Shown here one piece after another: positions 10,398 through 22,820 of a stretch of DNA of 64,000 nt. Below the pieces are notes generated by a model. It did not search any database, was not told the DNA's origin, and saw nothing but the letters and a program-made list of their open reading frames with translations. The stretch's first letter is position 1. Every line of letters begins with the position of its first letter. The position numbers and the translations under genes were made by a program. This DNA is from Paraspadella gotoi (Eukaryota; Animalia; Chaetognatha), in contig CM119263.1 of NCBI GenBank assembly GCA_051294375.1, forward strand, positions 21,140,268 to 21,204,267. The letters run 5' to 3'.

Positions 10398-13255
10398 ACG
10401 GTCTGTTTTAAAGATATTATTTAAATTGAAAATCAGTGAGCAATCTTGACAGTTTCCAAAGTAAATTTTTAATAGTCACTCATGGCAGGCCAATACAAAA
10501 AAATTTAAAATAACTTGGTATATATCACGCTCGTTATATCAAGTGTTCCAGTGTCGTCCGTCCCTTGAAAGTGTGACGTAGGTTTTCATAAATATTTTCC
10601 ACTGAATATGTAGTAAATGATGAATGAAAAGTAGAGATGAAAATTTAGAAACTTGTATTTTATATCAAAATATCCATAAAAATCATGTAAAACACAAGTT
10701 CTTGACGGTCGATGCTACTTTTTGAAAGTCCTGAGTCCCGCACTATCATCGATTTAGGATTTTAAGTCCATAATTAAGATGCAATTTTTTTTTAGTTTAA
10801 GAAAAGAAAACCTGTAGAATGAAGGAGTCACTGTGGATTTTTTTCAGCCAACCTTCAACCTTCAATCCTTTCTCTCTCTCACTCCCCTCCTGCCGTTCTA
10901 GGTCAAAGTGGTCATCTTTTTCTATTATTATTATTATTCTCTTTCTCTCTTTCTCTGTCTCTCTCTCTCTCGCAGCGACCACAGCGCTTTTTATCAAACT
11001 TATATAAGTTAGAGAAAGAAAGAGAGTGAAAAAGAGAGAAAGAGAGAAAGAAAGAGAGAGAAATACCTGTCTGAAGAATAAAACTTGATCATAGGAAAAG
11101 ACTCAGACTATTGCACTAATTTATTTTTCATTCAGTAATTTTTCGCTAAAGAATAGAATTTACCCGGAAAAAAAATTTCATGACTTTAAAAAAAGTGAAT
11201 ACTGTTTAATTACATATTTTTCTGTTTTAGTAGGAGTCTACGTCGTTCTTAGAGATCGAGGAAGACTTTTTCAATGGAGATTTTCGTTCAAATCTGACTA
11301 CCAAACAATATAAACGCTCCTGGTAAAAATTCGGGTAAAATATCGATGTAAAAACACTTGATTCCGATCCTGTTGTATCTGAAGGGCTCGCATTTTTTTT
11401 CTCTTGTCAAATCATCAACATCTTGATATCAAACAAGCCAGAACAAATAGACTGCTTCTGGACGGGAAAATTTTCTATCTCTGATTTTATATAGAAATGA
11501 AAGGGATTTTTTTCCTTGAAAACGATATAAACGTGACTGAGGTATGTTCCTGTTCAACAAATGACGTCTAATTTTGGAATCCTTTGGCAAAGTGTCTGAA
11601 GGGCTCTCAAAATTTTTCTTTACATTTTATTTGGTTATTTTGATATGATACGATCCTGGGAAAGTGAATTAGTCCATTTTGGTGAAATTTTTATTTAAAG
11701 TAAAAGTAAAAGAGGAGCTAACGATCGGAATTCTAAGAGTTTTCAACCGGGAGTCAGATTCGGGAAAAATCTTCTATAGCAAAAATCTTCCAAAGAAGGG
11801 GTTGATTTTCCGAAGATTTTGATTAATATTTTCTATATTTATGGTCGGATTTTTTGGAAACTTAATATTAACAATATTGCCATCATTCTACCTTGGCCGG
11901 TATAATAATATATTGAAAAAACCTCGGGCTTTTTTCATCAGAGCTTAGTCCAAGTTTTAGCGATCTCAAATTTTTTTTTAGAATATTCCTTGGCATTTAC
12001 GGCGGGTTCCAACTATTTTTTTAAAAACTATTATGTATCCCAATAATAACTTACGAATCGATCATTGTGTCTCATCAAATTATGACTCGGAGATCAACAA
12101 AAGAATTACAAAAGACCGACGAAATAACTAGTAAATTATTTGGCCGAATGCGTGGGGACAATTTAAGTACGGTCAAAAAATAAGAGGGAAAAAGACAGAA
12201 AATAACTGAAGCGAAACCTAATATAAAATAAATAAATAATAAATAGAAAAACTTATATTTATATAAAAAAGTCAGTCTGATTTGAGCGTTTCACTTTGTT
12301 TTTAAAATTTTTTTTCTAAAAACATAATAAGTTAAAGAAAATAAAATATTTTTTACCAAAATATCTAAATTAAAAAAAAAAAATTTAACCGAATTTAACC
12401 GTTAAAATAAAAAATATTAACGGTTAAGTTAAAATAAATTTTAACCTTTATTAACGGTTAATTTTTAGCGGCTAAGGAATCTCTACTCAAGGTCATTCCC
12501 TTCGCTCCTTCTTCTTCCTTCACTCATCGCATCCATAATGAGGCGACGTCCGGTCACGAGGGACGAAGCGTTAGGGTCTCAACTCTCAAACCTCACAAAG
12601 TTGTTGCAACATTGCGGGCGTGGGGTCCGGAAGGGGCTTGAACTGATTTGTTTTAAGTGCACGAAAGTGATAATTTTAGTTTTATTTTTGTATCAGAAAA
12701 GCAGAAATTACTATTGAATGATTTTGTTTCCTTACGGTTGCTTTCATAATCGATCTGAAATTTCTTTTCATTATTTTCAAGAAGGCTGAAGTTGAGATAT
12801 TTAAAGATAAATTATTCGAATCAAGAGAAAAAGGAATGGTTATTCCAAGGTGTTGCACCGCATTACTTTTCTTTTTACTTATCATATCATTTAAAAACAA
12901 AAGGAGGCGCCAGTAGTTGCTTAGATTTGATTTTTAATAAATGAGCATCAAACTATAGGCAAGTTATAAGCATTTTTAATATAAGTGGGATAGACTGACG
13001 GAGATATACCGACGGACAGACCGACCGACCGACCGACCAAAAAGTGATTTATAGAGTTGCTCCGCGAGTACTAGCGGCGAAACTCAAAAAAATATTTTTT
13101 AATATAAGTATTTAATATAGTATTAGTATGTAACATGTCTCGTCAGTCGTCTATCTAACTACGCTTTAATCAAGTTATATTTTGAATTATATTTTAAGAT
13201 CCTAGCCATACATCAACCTTGCTACCCTTCTCTCTCCCCCCTTCCTTCCAAAAAG

Positions 13256-13510
13256 GCGGCCGCCACCGTCGCGCTTCCCTCGACATCCCCAAGCTTTGCA
13301 TCCACTGCGTGCACTTGGAGGCCAGGCAGGAGAAGCTCCTTCGCCAGGCGATCCTCCAGTCGACCTCCTCCCTCGCCAACTCGCTCGCCAACGCCGCCGC
13401 CGCCAACGGCGTCTACCCCGACATCGAGATCTCTCCGCCGCGGATCGAAGACTCCGACTATTGCTCCAACTCGCAGTTCATGGTGTCCGAGGACGAGTCT
13501 GAATACTCGG
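13256..13510 (+). CDS. rdgA: DGK (rdgA-like) exon: GRHRRASLDIPKLCIHCVHLEARQEKLLRQ...MVSEDESEYS
   Basis: Pyrimidine tract plus AG at 13254-13255, donor G|GTGGGT at 13511; C/G-biased third positions. RRxSL(D/E)IPKLCIHCVHLE resembles a recalled motif of invertebrate eye-specific DGK N-termini. Phase 1 on both sides. Confidence 0.8.
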
Positions 13511-13620
13511 GTGGGTTTGGGGTGGTTGGGGGAGGGGGGGTAGGAGAGGAAGTGTTTGGGTTGTAGTGGATGGTGGTCAGTTAAAAATGAAACGAAAAAG
13601 TCGAAATCTCGAGTTTCTGA

Positions 13621-13667
<47 letters not shown>

Positions 13668-13819
13668 AGAAAATTAGACATTTGACCCTTCATCCTGTGA
13701 GGGTCATCAACACTCTGTTATCACATCCGCCTTTGGTTTGTAGCCTTAAAAACAACTTCGCTTCATTAACAATGCAGCTTTTAATTTCAAGTATTTTTTA
13801 AACAAAAAAACACCTTTGA

Positions 13820-14105
13820 GGAAGTCTAACTTTAACTTAGGAAGTCTAACTTTAACTTAGAAGTTAAGGATTAGGTTAGAGATTTAATTAAAAAGGATTA
13901 AGGATTAGGTTAGAGATTTAATTAAAAAGGGTTAAGGATTAGGTTAGAGATTTAATTAAAAAGGGTTAAAGTTTAGATAATAGATTTAAGTAAAAAGGGA
14001 TCTATTGGTTAGGGTTAAGAATTAGGTTAGGGGTAGGGATTATGGTTAAGGATTAGGGTAAGGAAAGAGTTTATGGGTTTAATAACATATTAAAGTTAAG
14101 TATTA
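13820..14105. repeat. Tandem repeats: 20 bp x2, then ~35 bp (ttaaggattaggttagagatttaattaaaaagg) x3-4, decaying into ggttaggg-like units
   Basis: Direct inspection. Confidence 0.7.
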
Positions 14106-15032
14106 GAATTATTAAGTATTCAGCCAATAGCCAATAGCGCTTTTGAAAAATAGAGCCCAATCTACAATTTGACAACGACAAAACTGGATCGTTAACCGCA
14201 AATATATGTGATTAACTTACCCGCCCGCGCCCCGGGGAAGATCGAAAATGGCTCCGCTCCGACGGCGCGAACAGCGATCTCGCTGCGATGTCGCGTTCCG
14301 CTCAGCTCCGCGGCTAAAAATACACCTTCTCACGCAGAACTGTGATTTTTTTTTTTTTAAGTTGACTTCGTCGTTATTTATGTTGTTGTTGTTATCGTCG
14401 TCGTCGTTGTATATTATATATTACCTGCGGTCTTTCGGAGGCGTCGGATTTTTGCTTCGTCGCATCTGAAGAGGATGTGACATTTTTTTCCCCTTTTTTA
14501 TGCAAATTGTTTTTGATCATAAAAAAAATAGAGAGAAGAGAAAATGATTCGTCGGCTACGATTTAATAAAATCTATCAGCGATGCAGCCGACACAATGGC
14601 AGCAACAACGGCGCTACAATATGCGAAAATCCGCCTGTCAATTTTGATAAGTTCCTGATAGAAAAAAAAGACTGATGGTTGAGCGGAGAGATAAAAAGAC
14701 AAAGGAGAAGACCGGAAAATGAAAAGAGAAAGAAAGAAAGACTAATGAGTTCGAACTGAGGAAGGGCGCGACACGCGACTGGCAGAGCGACTGACAGAGC
14801 AACTGACAGACCGACTCTAATCGTTCAAAGGCGTTAAAAAAAAAAATAAAATGAACGAAAGAGTCAAAGGATAATCTCGGAGAAAATTGAATAAATTTCT
14901 CGTCAAACTTTAATATTCGTTGGATAAATTGATTTAAAAGTGACAAAAAAGTGACGTGATTATAAAATTAATTTCTCCGGAGACGAAACATCAAAGCAAC
15001 GCGGGTTTCTCCTTTCAAAAAACTTCGTCTTT

Positions 15033-15161
<129 letters not shown>

Positions 15162-16180
15162 GTTGTCGTCCATTTTGTTTGGGAGGAAGGGATTCCTGAT
15201 ACGATGAGATGATATTCGTGAGACGAGTTTCGATTTCCGTCGTCGTTGTCGTCGTCGTCGTTGAAAGACGTCATCGAGATAACGATTTCCCCATTGCAGC
15301 CGAAGTATCGTTTAATCAAAAGCTCGAATCTTCCCTTTTCCACCCCCCCCACAAACAAAGGAAATGTTTATTAATGAATTTGTCAGAGTAGCCACACAGA
15401 CTACCGTCCTACCCGCATCTCCTCTTTACTTACTTTTCTCACTTCGCTCTCGCCCCTCACTTTCACCGCGCATTCCCTCTTTCACTTCCGTTTTTCTCTA
15501 CTCAAGAAAACAAGGCCGTCCCTCTTCCCACATTTTCCCGCCGCCCCCCATCCCCCGCCACAGACCACAGAAAAATTCCTACCACCTCCGTTACCCTTCC
15601 TCTCTAGTATTCCGCCCCCCTTCCTCGGGGGATAATGGAGGAAAAAACGATATTTTTGATGGAATCAGGGGAGCAATGTTATTAACGTTATTAATCTCAA
15701 TTAATGAGTTTTTTTTGGGGGGGGGAATGTGATGGGAGGATTGGGGAAGATATGGTGAGGGATGGGGCGGGGTGACAGGGCAGAGGGTGGGAATAAGTGC
15801 AACGGGGGAACATGAAGGTTTTTGAGGGAATAAGGGGCTAGGGGACCAGCCTTGGACCGGAAGGGCATGCCTGGACCTGCTATGGGTGGAGATTGGTGAG
15901 TCAAGCTATGACGAGAGGAGAGAGAGGGGTTGTTCAATGGTTTGGCCCGGACGGGGGCATGATGGGACGTGCCTTGGGTTGGAAGAGCTCAGAACAGCGA
16001 GTAGGGATTGGAGAATAGTGAAAAGGTTGTCAATAAATTGGGCATGGGCATAAAGGGAGGGCGAGCGAGTCAATGACCTCGAAACGAGACTAAATGACGA
16101 TACTCTCGTCAAGGTCGTTGACAATTAAAACCTCGAGGTGGAAATGATGACGAGAGAAACGAGAAAAAACAAAGACAAAC

Positions 16181-16237
<57 letters not shown>

Positions 16238-16784
16238 ACGACGAAGGATCGCTGTGACATCTTTGGGAATTTGTTCGCCCTTTGAAAATGGTCACCTTTA
16301 CCTCTGAATGAGATAAAAGTCAGTCGCAGGTTCATTTTTAAAGAAAATACGTTATTGCAGTGAGCTAGAATAATCATGGATAAAAACATTTAAAAAAAAA
16401 CGAAACATTACATTAGCGCGATTACGATTTGTCCTATGATAATAAGAACACGAAAAAACTGTTTTTAGTTGACAACTACAACAATGTTTTTACATGAAAC
16501 ATTGCCAACTTTGGTTATATAAATTAAAATATGTCCTCTTAGTGAACTTTCTTTCTCGAATTTACTTTGTGTTCTTTAAATTTTCCCGCGCGAATTTCCT
16601 TTTATTAAATTTTCCCGCGCGAATTCTCTTTTCTACGAACGACGTCAATGACCTCAATTCCGATTTCGCTGTCGAAGTCTCATCCATTTTCTCTCTCATT
16701 TCCGATTTCATAAAAAAAGAAAAAATCTTTGCTTTTTTCCCTCGACCCTCAGACTTAGCAACGACGGCAATACCTGATTTCGTC

Positions 16785-16910
<126 letters not shown>

Positions 16911-17094
16911 GAAGAGAAACTCGTTTATGATTCATGAATCCGAGCCTCAGGTGGCGTTGGGGCCGAAATGGCAGAAATGGCAGAAATGGCAGAAATGGCA
17001 GAGCAAAACAAAGGCGGTCGCGAGGAGATGAGAAGGACGGCGATGACGTCATAAATCCCTGTTACCGTTTCGTGGTCGTTCAGTATCGTTCTTT

Positions 17095-17430
17095 CAATCA
17101 TTCATTTATTCATTCATTCATTCATTCATTCATTCATTCATTCATTCATTCATTCATTCATTCATTCAATCATTCATTCATTCATTAATTAAATTATTCA
17201 TTCATTCATTTATTAAATCATTCATTAATTCATTTATAAATCATTTATTCATTCAGTCATTTATTAAATCATTCATTCATTTATTTAATCATTCATTCAT
17301 TCATATATTAAATCATTCATTCATTCTTTTAATAAATCATTCATTCATTCATTCATCTATTAAATCATTCATTCATTCATTTATTAAATCATTCATTCAT
17401 TTATTAAATCATTTATTCATTCATTTATTA
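17095..17430. repeat. (ATTC)n microsatellite grading into a compound minisatellite
   Basis: Direct inspection. Confidence 0.9.
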
Positions 17431-17754
17431 AAGTAGTTCAATGTCCTCTTTTTAGTCAGTTCTTACTTTAATTTTTCCCTCACTCCTCCTTCCCGCTGTT
17501 CCAAGCTTGATCTTCTTTTCCCTCCGAACTCCAGCGTTAAAATTGAGGAGGAGGAGGTGGAAAAGTCGACAACCGCGATGGGAAAAGCTCAGAAGGAGAG
17601 AGAGAGAGAGAGAGAGAGAGTGAGAGTGAGAGAGCCATCAACAATGTTTGAAAAAAATGTCATTTTTTCCTCCGAGAAAAAACGTGATATATACTCCTTT
17701 TGACGAGGAGTCCCTCTCTCTCTCTCTGCTCTCTCCTTTCTCTCTCTTTCTCTT

Positions 17755-17789
<35 letters not shown>

Positions 17790-17832
17790 TTTCTCCTCTT
17801 CTCTCTCTCTCTTCTCTCTCTTTCTCTCTCTT

Positions 17833-17898
<66 letters not shown>

Positions 17899-18353
17899 TA
17901 TTTCTTGAGCTTTGTTCTTTACTCTAATCTGCTCTCTTTCTTCTCCTCACTCAACTAACCTATAAATGTGTACATCCATAATTTTGAAGGGAAACCCCCC
18001 GCCGTCTTTTATAAATTTAAAAGCCTTTAGGCTTCGCTTCGTATAGCTTTTAAAACTCGTTGCATTGTTAATGGAGACTAAAAAAGGGACAGAAAATGGA
18101 AAGTGATGAAAAAAAGTGACAAGATCCGTTTTAGGAACTGCCAATCAGCCAATCGAATCGTTTCGTCGTCAGCCAATCAGTCACTCGATTCACTTTGTTA
18201 TCAGCCAATCATTCACTCGATTCATTTACCCGACAACCAATCAGACTATCAGATCCGCTTCGAATCGACGTCATATCAATCACGATTTTTTTTCTCTTTT
18301 TTTAAATTGACCAATTTTTCCTTAAATCCCCCCTCCTCATATTTTCTCTACAG

Positions 18354-19138
18354 ACGACGACGAAGACGAAGAAAACGACGACGCCGACGACGACGACGAC
18401 GACGACGCCGACGCCAGCGGCACCGAATCCGCCGACGCCGACGACGCCGCCTTTCGTCCGGTGACGAGAATTCCGCATCACTACTTTTCACAACAGCAGC
18501 AGCAGCAGCAGGACGACACGCTGACTCTAGAGAATGCCGATGGGGTCATAGATGACGACGCTGAACGCCAACAGCAACAGCAGCTGAGACAGCAACAGAT
18601 GCTGCTGCAGAGACAGCAACTCTTGCAGCAACGTCAAGTCGAAGAATCGACGCCCAACTCCGCCTCATCACATCCGTGCCAAACCGCCGAAGCCGACGCC
18701 TCTGCCCCTCCGCCAGGAGGTGGAGGAGGAGGAGGAGGAGAAGGAGGAGGAGAAGGAGGAGACCAGCAAGAAGCCGGAAGCGCCCATGCGAGAAGGATCG
18801 AGTTTTTATAATGGCGGGAAACGCTAAGGAAATGAAATCCTGGACTCCGTCTCCTTCTCCCGGACCCCCTGGCACATGCTCACAGGGGCCCTCCTTCCTC
18901 CTCCTGACCTTCACACTATTCCCTGCAGGGAGCACCTCAGAGCTGGGCAGGAGATGCTCGGGCAGAGGCCGATCGGCCTTCGGCGGTTTTGGGGGACTGG
19001 CGAAATGCTGTTGATGGGGAGAAGAAGCCGCGGGGAGTTGGGCGTCGATTCTTCGACTGTAGAAGGCGGGGTTTGCTAGGAAAGTGGGAGTCGATCGGAA
19101 GCCGGCGGGCGGGGCCGGCCGCTCCGGTTTTCTACCAG
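18354..19138 (+). CDS. Large low-complexity DGK exon (Asp-rich, poly-Q, poly-G); frame disrupted after ~18780, probably by sequencing error
   Basis: Acceptor ttttctctacAG (18352-18353); phase 1 matches the previous exon (G|AC = Asp). Reads DDDEDEENDD...QQQQ...GGGG to a stop at 18811, while GC-rich coding-like sequence continues to a CAG|GTTTGC donor at 19139. The 3' boundary and frame are uncertain. Confidence 0.6.
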
Positions 19139-19498
19139 GTTTGCGTTTGCGGGAGAGCTGAGTATGCAAGTGAGAAAGATTGCTGTCTCTCGTCCTCAGT
19201 CTCATGCCTCATCTGTCTCTTCGCTTCGTCTCTTCCTCTCTCAGTCTTCGCTTCAGTCTTCCTTTGCTGTTGGGCGTTTTCAAGCTTTTCTTCATCCACT
19301 CTCCCTCTCCCTCAACTCTCCTTCCACTTCCTCTCTCTCTTCCTTTCGTTTGGATGCGCTTTCCAGGGGAAATAAAAATCAGACGTTTTTCCAATGGATC
19401 GCAATTAAAGGTGGCGTAATCAGAATTCCCAGAGCGTCAGGGCATTCCGGGAAGAGGGCTCTTCTCTTCTCTCTCTCTCTCTCTTCTCTCTCTCTCTT

Positions 19499-19530
<32 letters not shown>

Positions 19531-20001
19531 TCGGATGGGCGGACTCCGGGATACCTTTCCAAGCTAATTTTATGTAATAATCTTAAGTAACCCGGACATT
19601 AAATTTGCTCATTTGTTGTCGCCCGTCGTCGTCATCGTGAGCTGCAACCCTAACTTTTCCGATCGGTTCCTTTCTTTCCGATGAATTCCGAAGAAAAAGA
19701 CGACGTCGAAAGTTCTTCTCTCCTAATTATTCGCTCAGAATTGCCCTTTTTTCTTCTTCTTATTTCTTTTTGTTCCTGTTATTTCTTTTTTTTTTTCGCT
19801 CTCTTTTCTCTCACTCTTTCTTTTTCTCGCCATTTTATGGGGAATATTATGCAGGTTTTTTCGTCGGTGACGAAAATGTTTCGACGATTCTCGACCTTTT
19901 TTTTCTTCCTTCGAGTTTTGCCAACCGGAAATTCCGTCTTCGCTTTTAATTGCTTTAATTTCCTATACCGGATGCTTTTTTTTTTTTTTTTTTTTTTTTT
20001 T

Positions 20002-20043
20002 TGGTCTCCTTCGGAGGCGTGGTTCGAATCCCACTGCTGACCA
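20002..20043 (+). pseudogene. 3' half of a tRNA-Leu-like sequence (variable arm, T arm, acceptor 3' strand)
   Basis: tggtctccttcggaggcgtggttcgaatcccactgctgacca resembles recalled eukaryotic tRNA-Leu ...TCTCTTCGGAGGCGTGGGTTCGAATCCCACT.CTGACA. The 5' half is absent, replaced by a poly-T run. Confidence 0.7.
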
Positions 20044-20901
20044 CAATTTTTAGTAACAAGCAGGGATTTCTAAGCGAAAATTCAAAGTGGATTTTATTCT
20101 TCAGATAAATAGACAAGTAAACAAGACGGTGTCATTTCCAGGCAAGAGTGAATCAGATACAGAATTCGGTTCCCTTTTTATACAGCCAACGGATTCGGGA
20201 GCCAAAGGGTAAAATTTCCCGACATCATTGTTCATTGTGGCCGGTGCAATTTGTCTTCGACCAAATGGGCATGTTTCCATTTGTATTTCCGGTGGCTTCA
20301 TAGATCCGTTGGATTCCGTTTCGATTCTGGGAGTCTTGATTCATCTGCGATGGTTATACCGTCGTTAAAGCACGCAAAAAACGAACCCGATCAATGCTAA
20401 ACCCACTAATTCCTTTCGGTTTTGTCAATTATAATTAGGCCTTGTTTTAATAAATTATAATTTGGATTTTTAATGAAATTAAATGTTTCGAGTTACTTTT
20501 TAGATACTTTTTACTCATTCTATCAAACGTTTTTTAGTTTATGTTTAATTTTACCTGAGCTTACTTACCTTACCTAACAACTAACAATTTAAAAAATAGC
20601 GTTGCCCATTGTACGCACGTCGTCGGTCGTCGTCGTTCGTCGTCGTCATCATATCCCTTCATGACGTAATGTCAAAAAGGCATAAAATGTCACCTTAGTT
20701 TCTACTTGATCTTTAGTTTCTTTCCTTGCGAATTGGGGGAATGTATTGCAAATGCACTAAATGTATTCCTATTATTTCGTAGTCTGATGATTCATTTTGT
20801 TCTGTCAAAAACTCGAAAGCAATGAAACGCCAGAATAGCTGCTGCCCTGAAAAATGAGATACGAGATATTTCTAAGTAACAACAACACTGGCGCAGTGAA
20901 T

Positions 20902-21007
<106 letters not shown>

Positions 21008-21270
21008 AAGATCAGAGAAGCAGAAAAAGCCAGAAAAGGAAACAAAAATCAGAAAATGTTCCCGACAAGTGAAGAGATAAAGAAAAGAGCATAAAAAAAA
21101 TAAAAAAAACACAAAAGTCAGTAAAAAAGGGGAAAATTGAAATCTCGTATAAAGCGAGAAAAAATCGTAGTATTACGTCATCCGCTCGCAAATTAAAGGC
21201 CAAAATAAATCGCCTACAAAACGCAAAAATCAATTTTTTTCCTTTCCCGCATCACAGTGGAGAGAAAGAG

Positions 21271-21351
<81 letters not shown>

Positions 21352-21775
21352 AAGAGAACGAGTGAGAGAAAGAGTGGGGGGAAAAGGGAGAGAAAGAAAA
21401 GGTAAAAAAAGGTTTGATGTCATTCGATGCCGAAAGCCTCGCTTCCGCGAAAATGATGTGGAATTGTTTTGATAACGATTCGTAAAGAGAAGAAGAATGA
21501 AAAGAAAAGAAGAAAAAAAAAAGAAAAAGGAAATAGGAAATCCGAGAGATGTAAAAAAAATATTCTCCGATCGCTTTATAATCCTGTTCCTTCCATCCGC
21601 TCAGCTTTGAATTTAACCTTCGTTTTACACCGATTCGAATTGAACACTTTTCTTTCAGTCAAATCTTCTCCCTCATCGATTTCTTTGTCTTCCCCCATTC
21701 CCACCTCACCGCCCCTCCTTTCCTTCTGCCACATTTTCTTTTCCTTTTTTTTTTTCTTTCCTTCTTTCCTTTCAG

Positions 21776-21936
21776 ATGCTCGTCGCTTGAGGAGACGTAT
21801 TTTTGTTCAGTTGCTCACGGGTATGCACTCCACAACGATAAGAGAGAAGATTAGTAGAGGTCAATCAAATCAAGAAGAGCGGAAGCGACCAGCGGTCGGC
21901 CAGCAGTCGGGGGAGGAGCAGCAGCGGCCCGCCGTC
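21776..21936 (+). CDS. Candidate DGK exon running into an assembly gap; frame unresolved
   Basis: Very strong pyrimidine tract plus ttcAG acceptor, followed by mixed-composition GC-richer sequence up to the 25-N gap. No donor is visible. Confidence 0.35.
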
Positions 21937-22132
21937 NNNNNNNNNNNNNNNNNNNNNNNNNTTACTAGTTTGATTTTTATATTTGATTTTTATTTGATTT
22001 TTTTCTTTTCTTACTTATCTTATTTTTTTTTCTTTCTTCTTCCTTACTTTTCTTTGTTTTTTATTTTATTTTTTCTTTCCTTACTTTTCCTTTTTTATCC
22101 GATTCCTTCTTTATTTTTTTTAATCTTTTCCT

Positions 22133-22665
22133 CAGAGAGACATTCGAGTGGCACTGGGCATTTTTCCAGGTGGGTCATTACCAGATCCAGCCTAACTAAC
22201 TCCACCACAATACTCTCTCACCTATGACAGGCCTATGAACCGAAATTCATCAGTAATATCCTCATTTGCCCGGCTGGGGGGGGGGACCAGCTCACTTTGA
22301 GCTCTTTCTTTACTTACTTTTCTCTTACCTCTTTATCTTAACTATCCCTCACAAACTATCCTTTTCCATTTCATTTTCATATTTCAATATTCCACTATTT
22401 CAAAAATGCACAAACAGCCTAATTTATATTTATTTCAATCTTTGTTATGTCTAGTTTATAATACTATTTATCTTTGTTGTACATTGCTAATGTATACTAT
22501 TATTTCTCTCTTCTCTGTGTCTCTCTCTCCCTTTTCTCTCCCTTTTCCACAATTTCACAGTCACTCTCCTTTTCATCCCTGTCCTTCATCTTCACCTGTC
22601 CTCAACATCTGACCACTTTTCCTTTAATAAATTCTTTGTTGGAACTCTCCCTCTCTCTCTCTCTC

Positions 22666-22696
<31 letters not shown>

Positions 22697-22820
22697 CAAT
22701 GTTTGTGAAATAAATTATTTGTGATTTAGAGTGCTGATGAAGGCTTGAGTGTGAGCCGAAACATGTCCAAAGTTAATAAAAAACTTTATTGTTGTTCCAC
22801 GAAAATTTTCGTTTTTTAAA
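22133..22820 (+). mobile_element. ~690 bp Penelope-like (5'-truncated or non-autonomous) insertion ending in a hammerhead ribozyme
   Basis: 13 bp direct repeat ttaatcttttcct at 22120-22132 and 22821-22833; hammerhead core followed by AATAAA near the 3' end. Confidence 0.6.
22731..22769 (+). ncRNA. Minimal type I hammerhead ribozyme (Penelope-like class)
   Basis: CTGATGA (22734-22740), A, stem II GGCT..AGCC, GAAA, palindromic stem III ACATGT, cleavage triplet GTC (C at 22767); short stem I tg/ca. Confidence 0.75.

Larger units (their letters stand above)
9390..12485. mobile_element. Possible decayed DNA transposon (hAT-like termini) enclosing younger insertions
   Basis: Clusters of the subterminal motif ttaaccg/cggttaa at 9403-9450 and 12384-12475, ending ...atctcta. 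No TSD or transposase recognised. Confidence 0.35.

Noticed and set aside
11230-12200. Possible transposase remnant inside the hAT-like ends
   Set aside because: The frames I translated had stops and no recognisable motif.
14005-14070. Interstitial telomeric repeat
   Set aside because: Only degenerate ggttaggg-like units inside a larger minisatellite; no regular array.
16934-17188. ORF with GRN and HSFI repeats
   Set aside because: A 9 bp tandem plus (ATTC)n microsatellite; no splice or homology support.
18546-19205. 219 aa minus-strand ORF
   Set aside because: Antisense shadow of the GC-rich, trinucleotide-repeat + strand exon.
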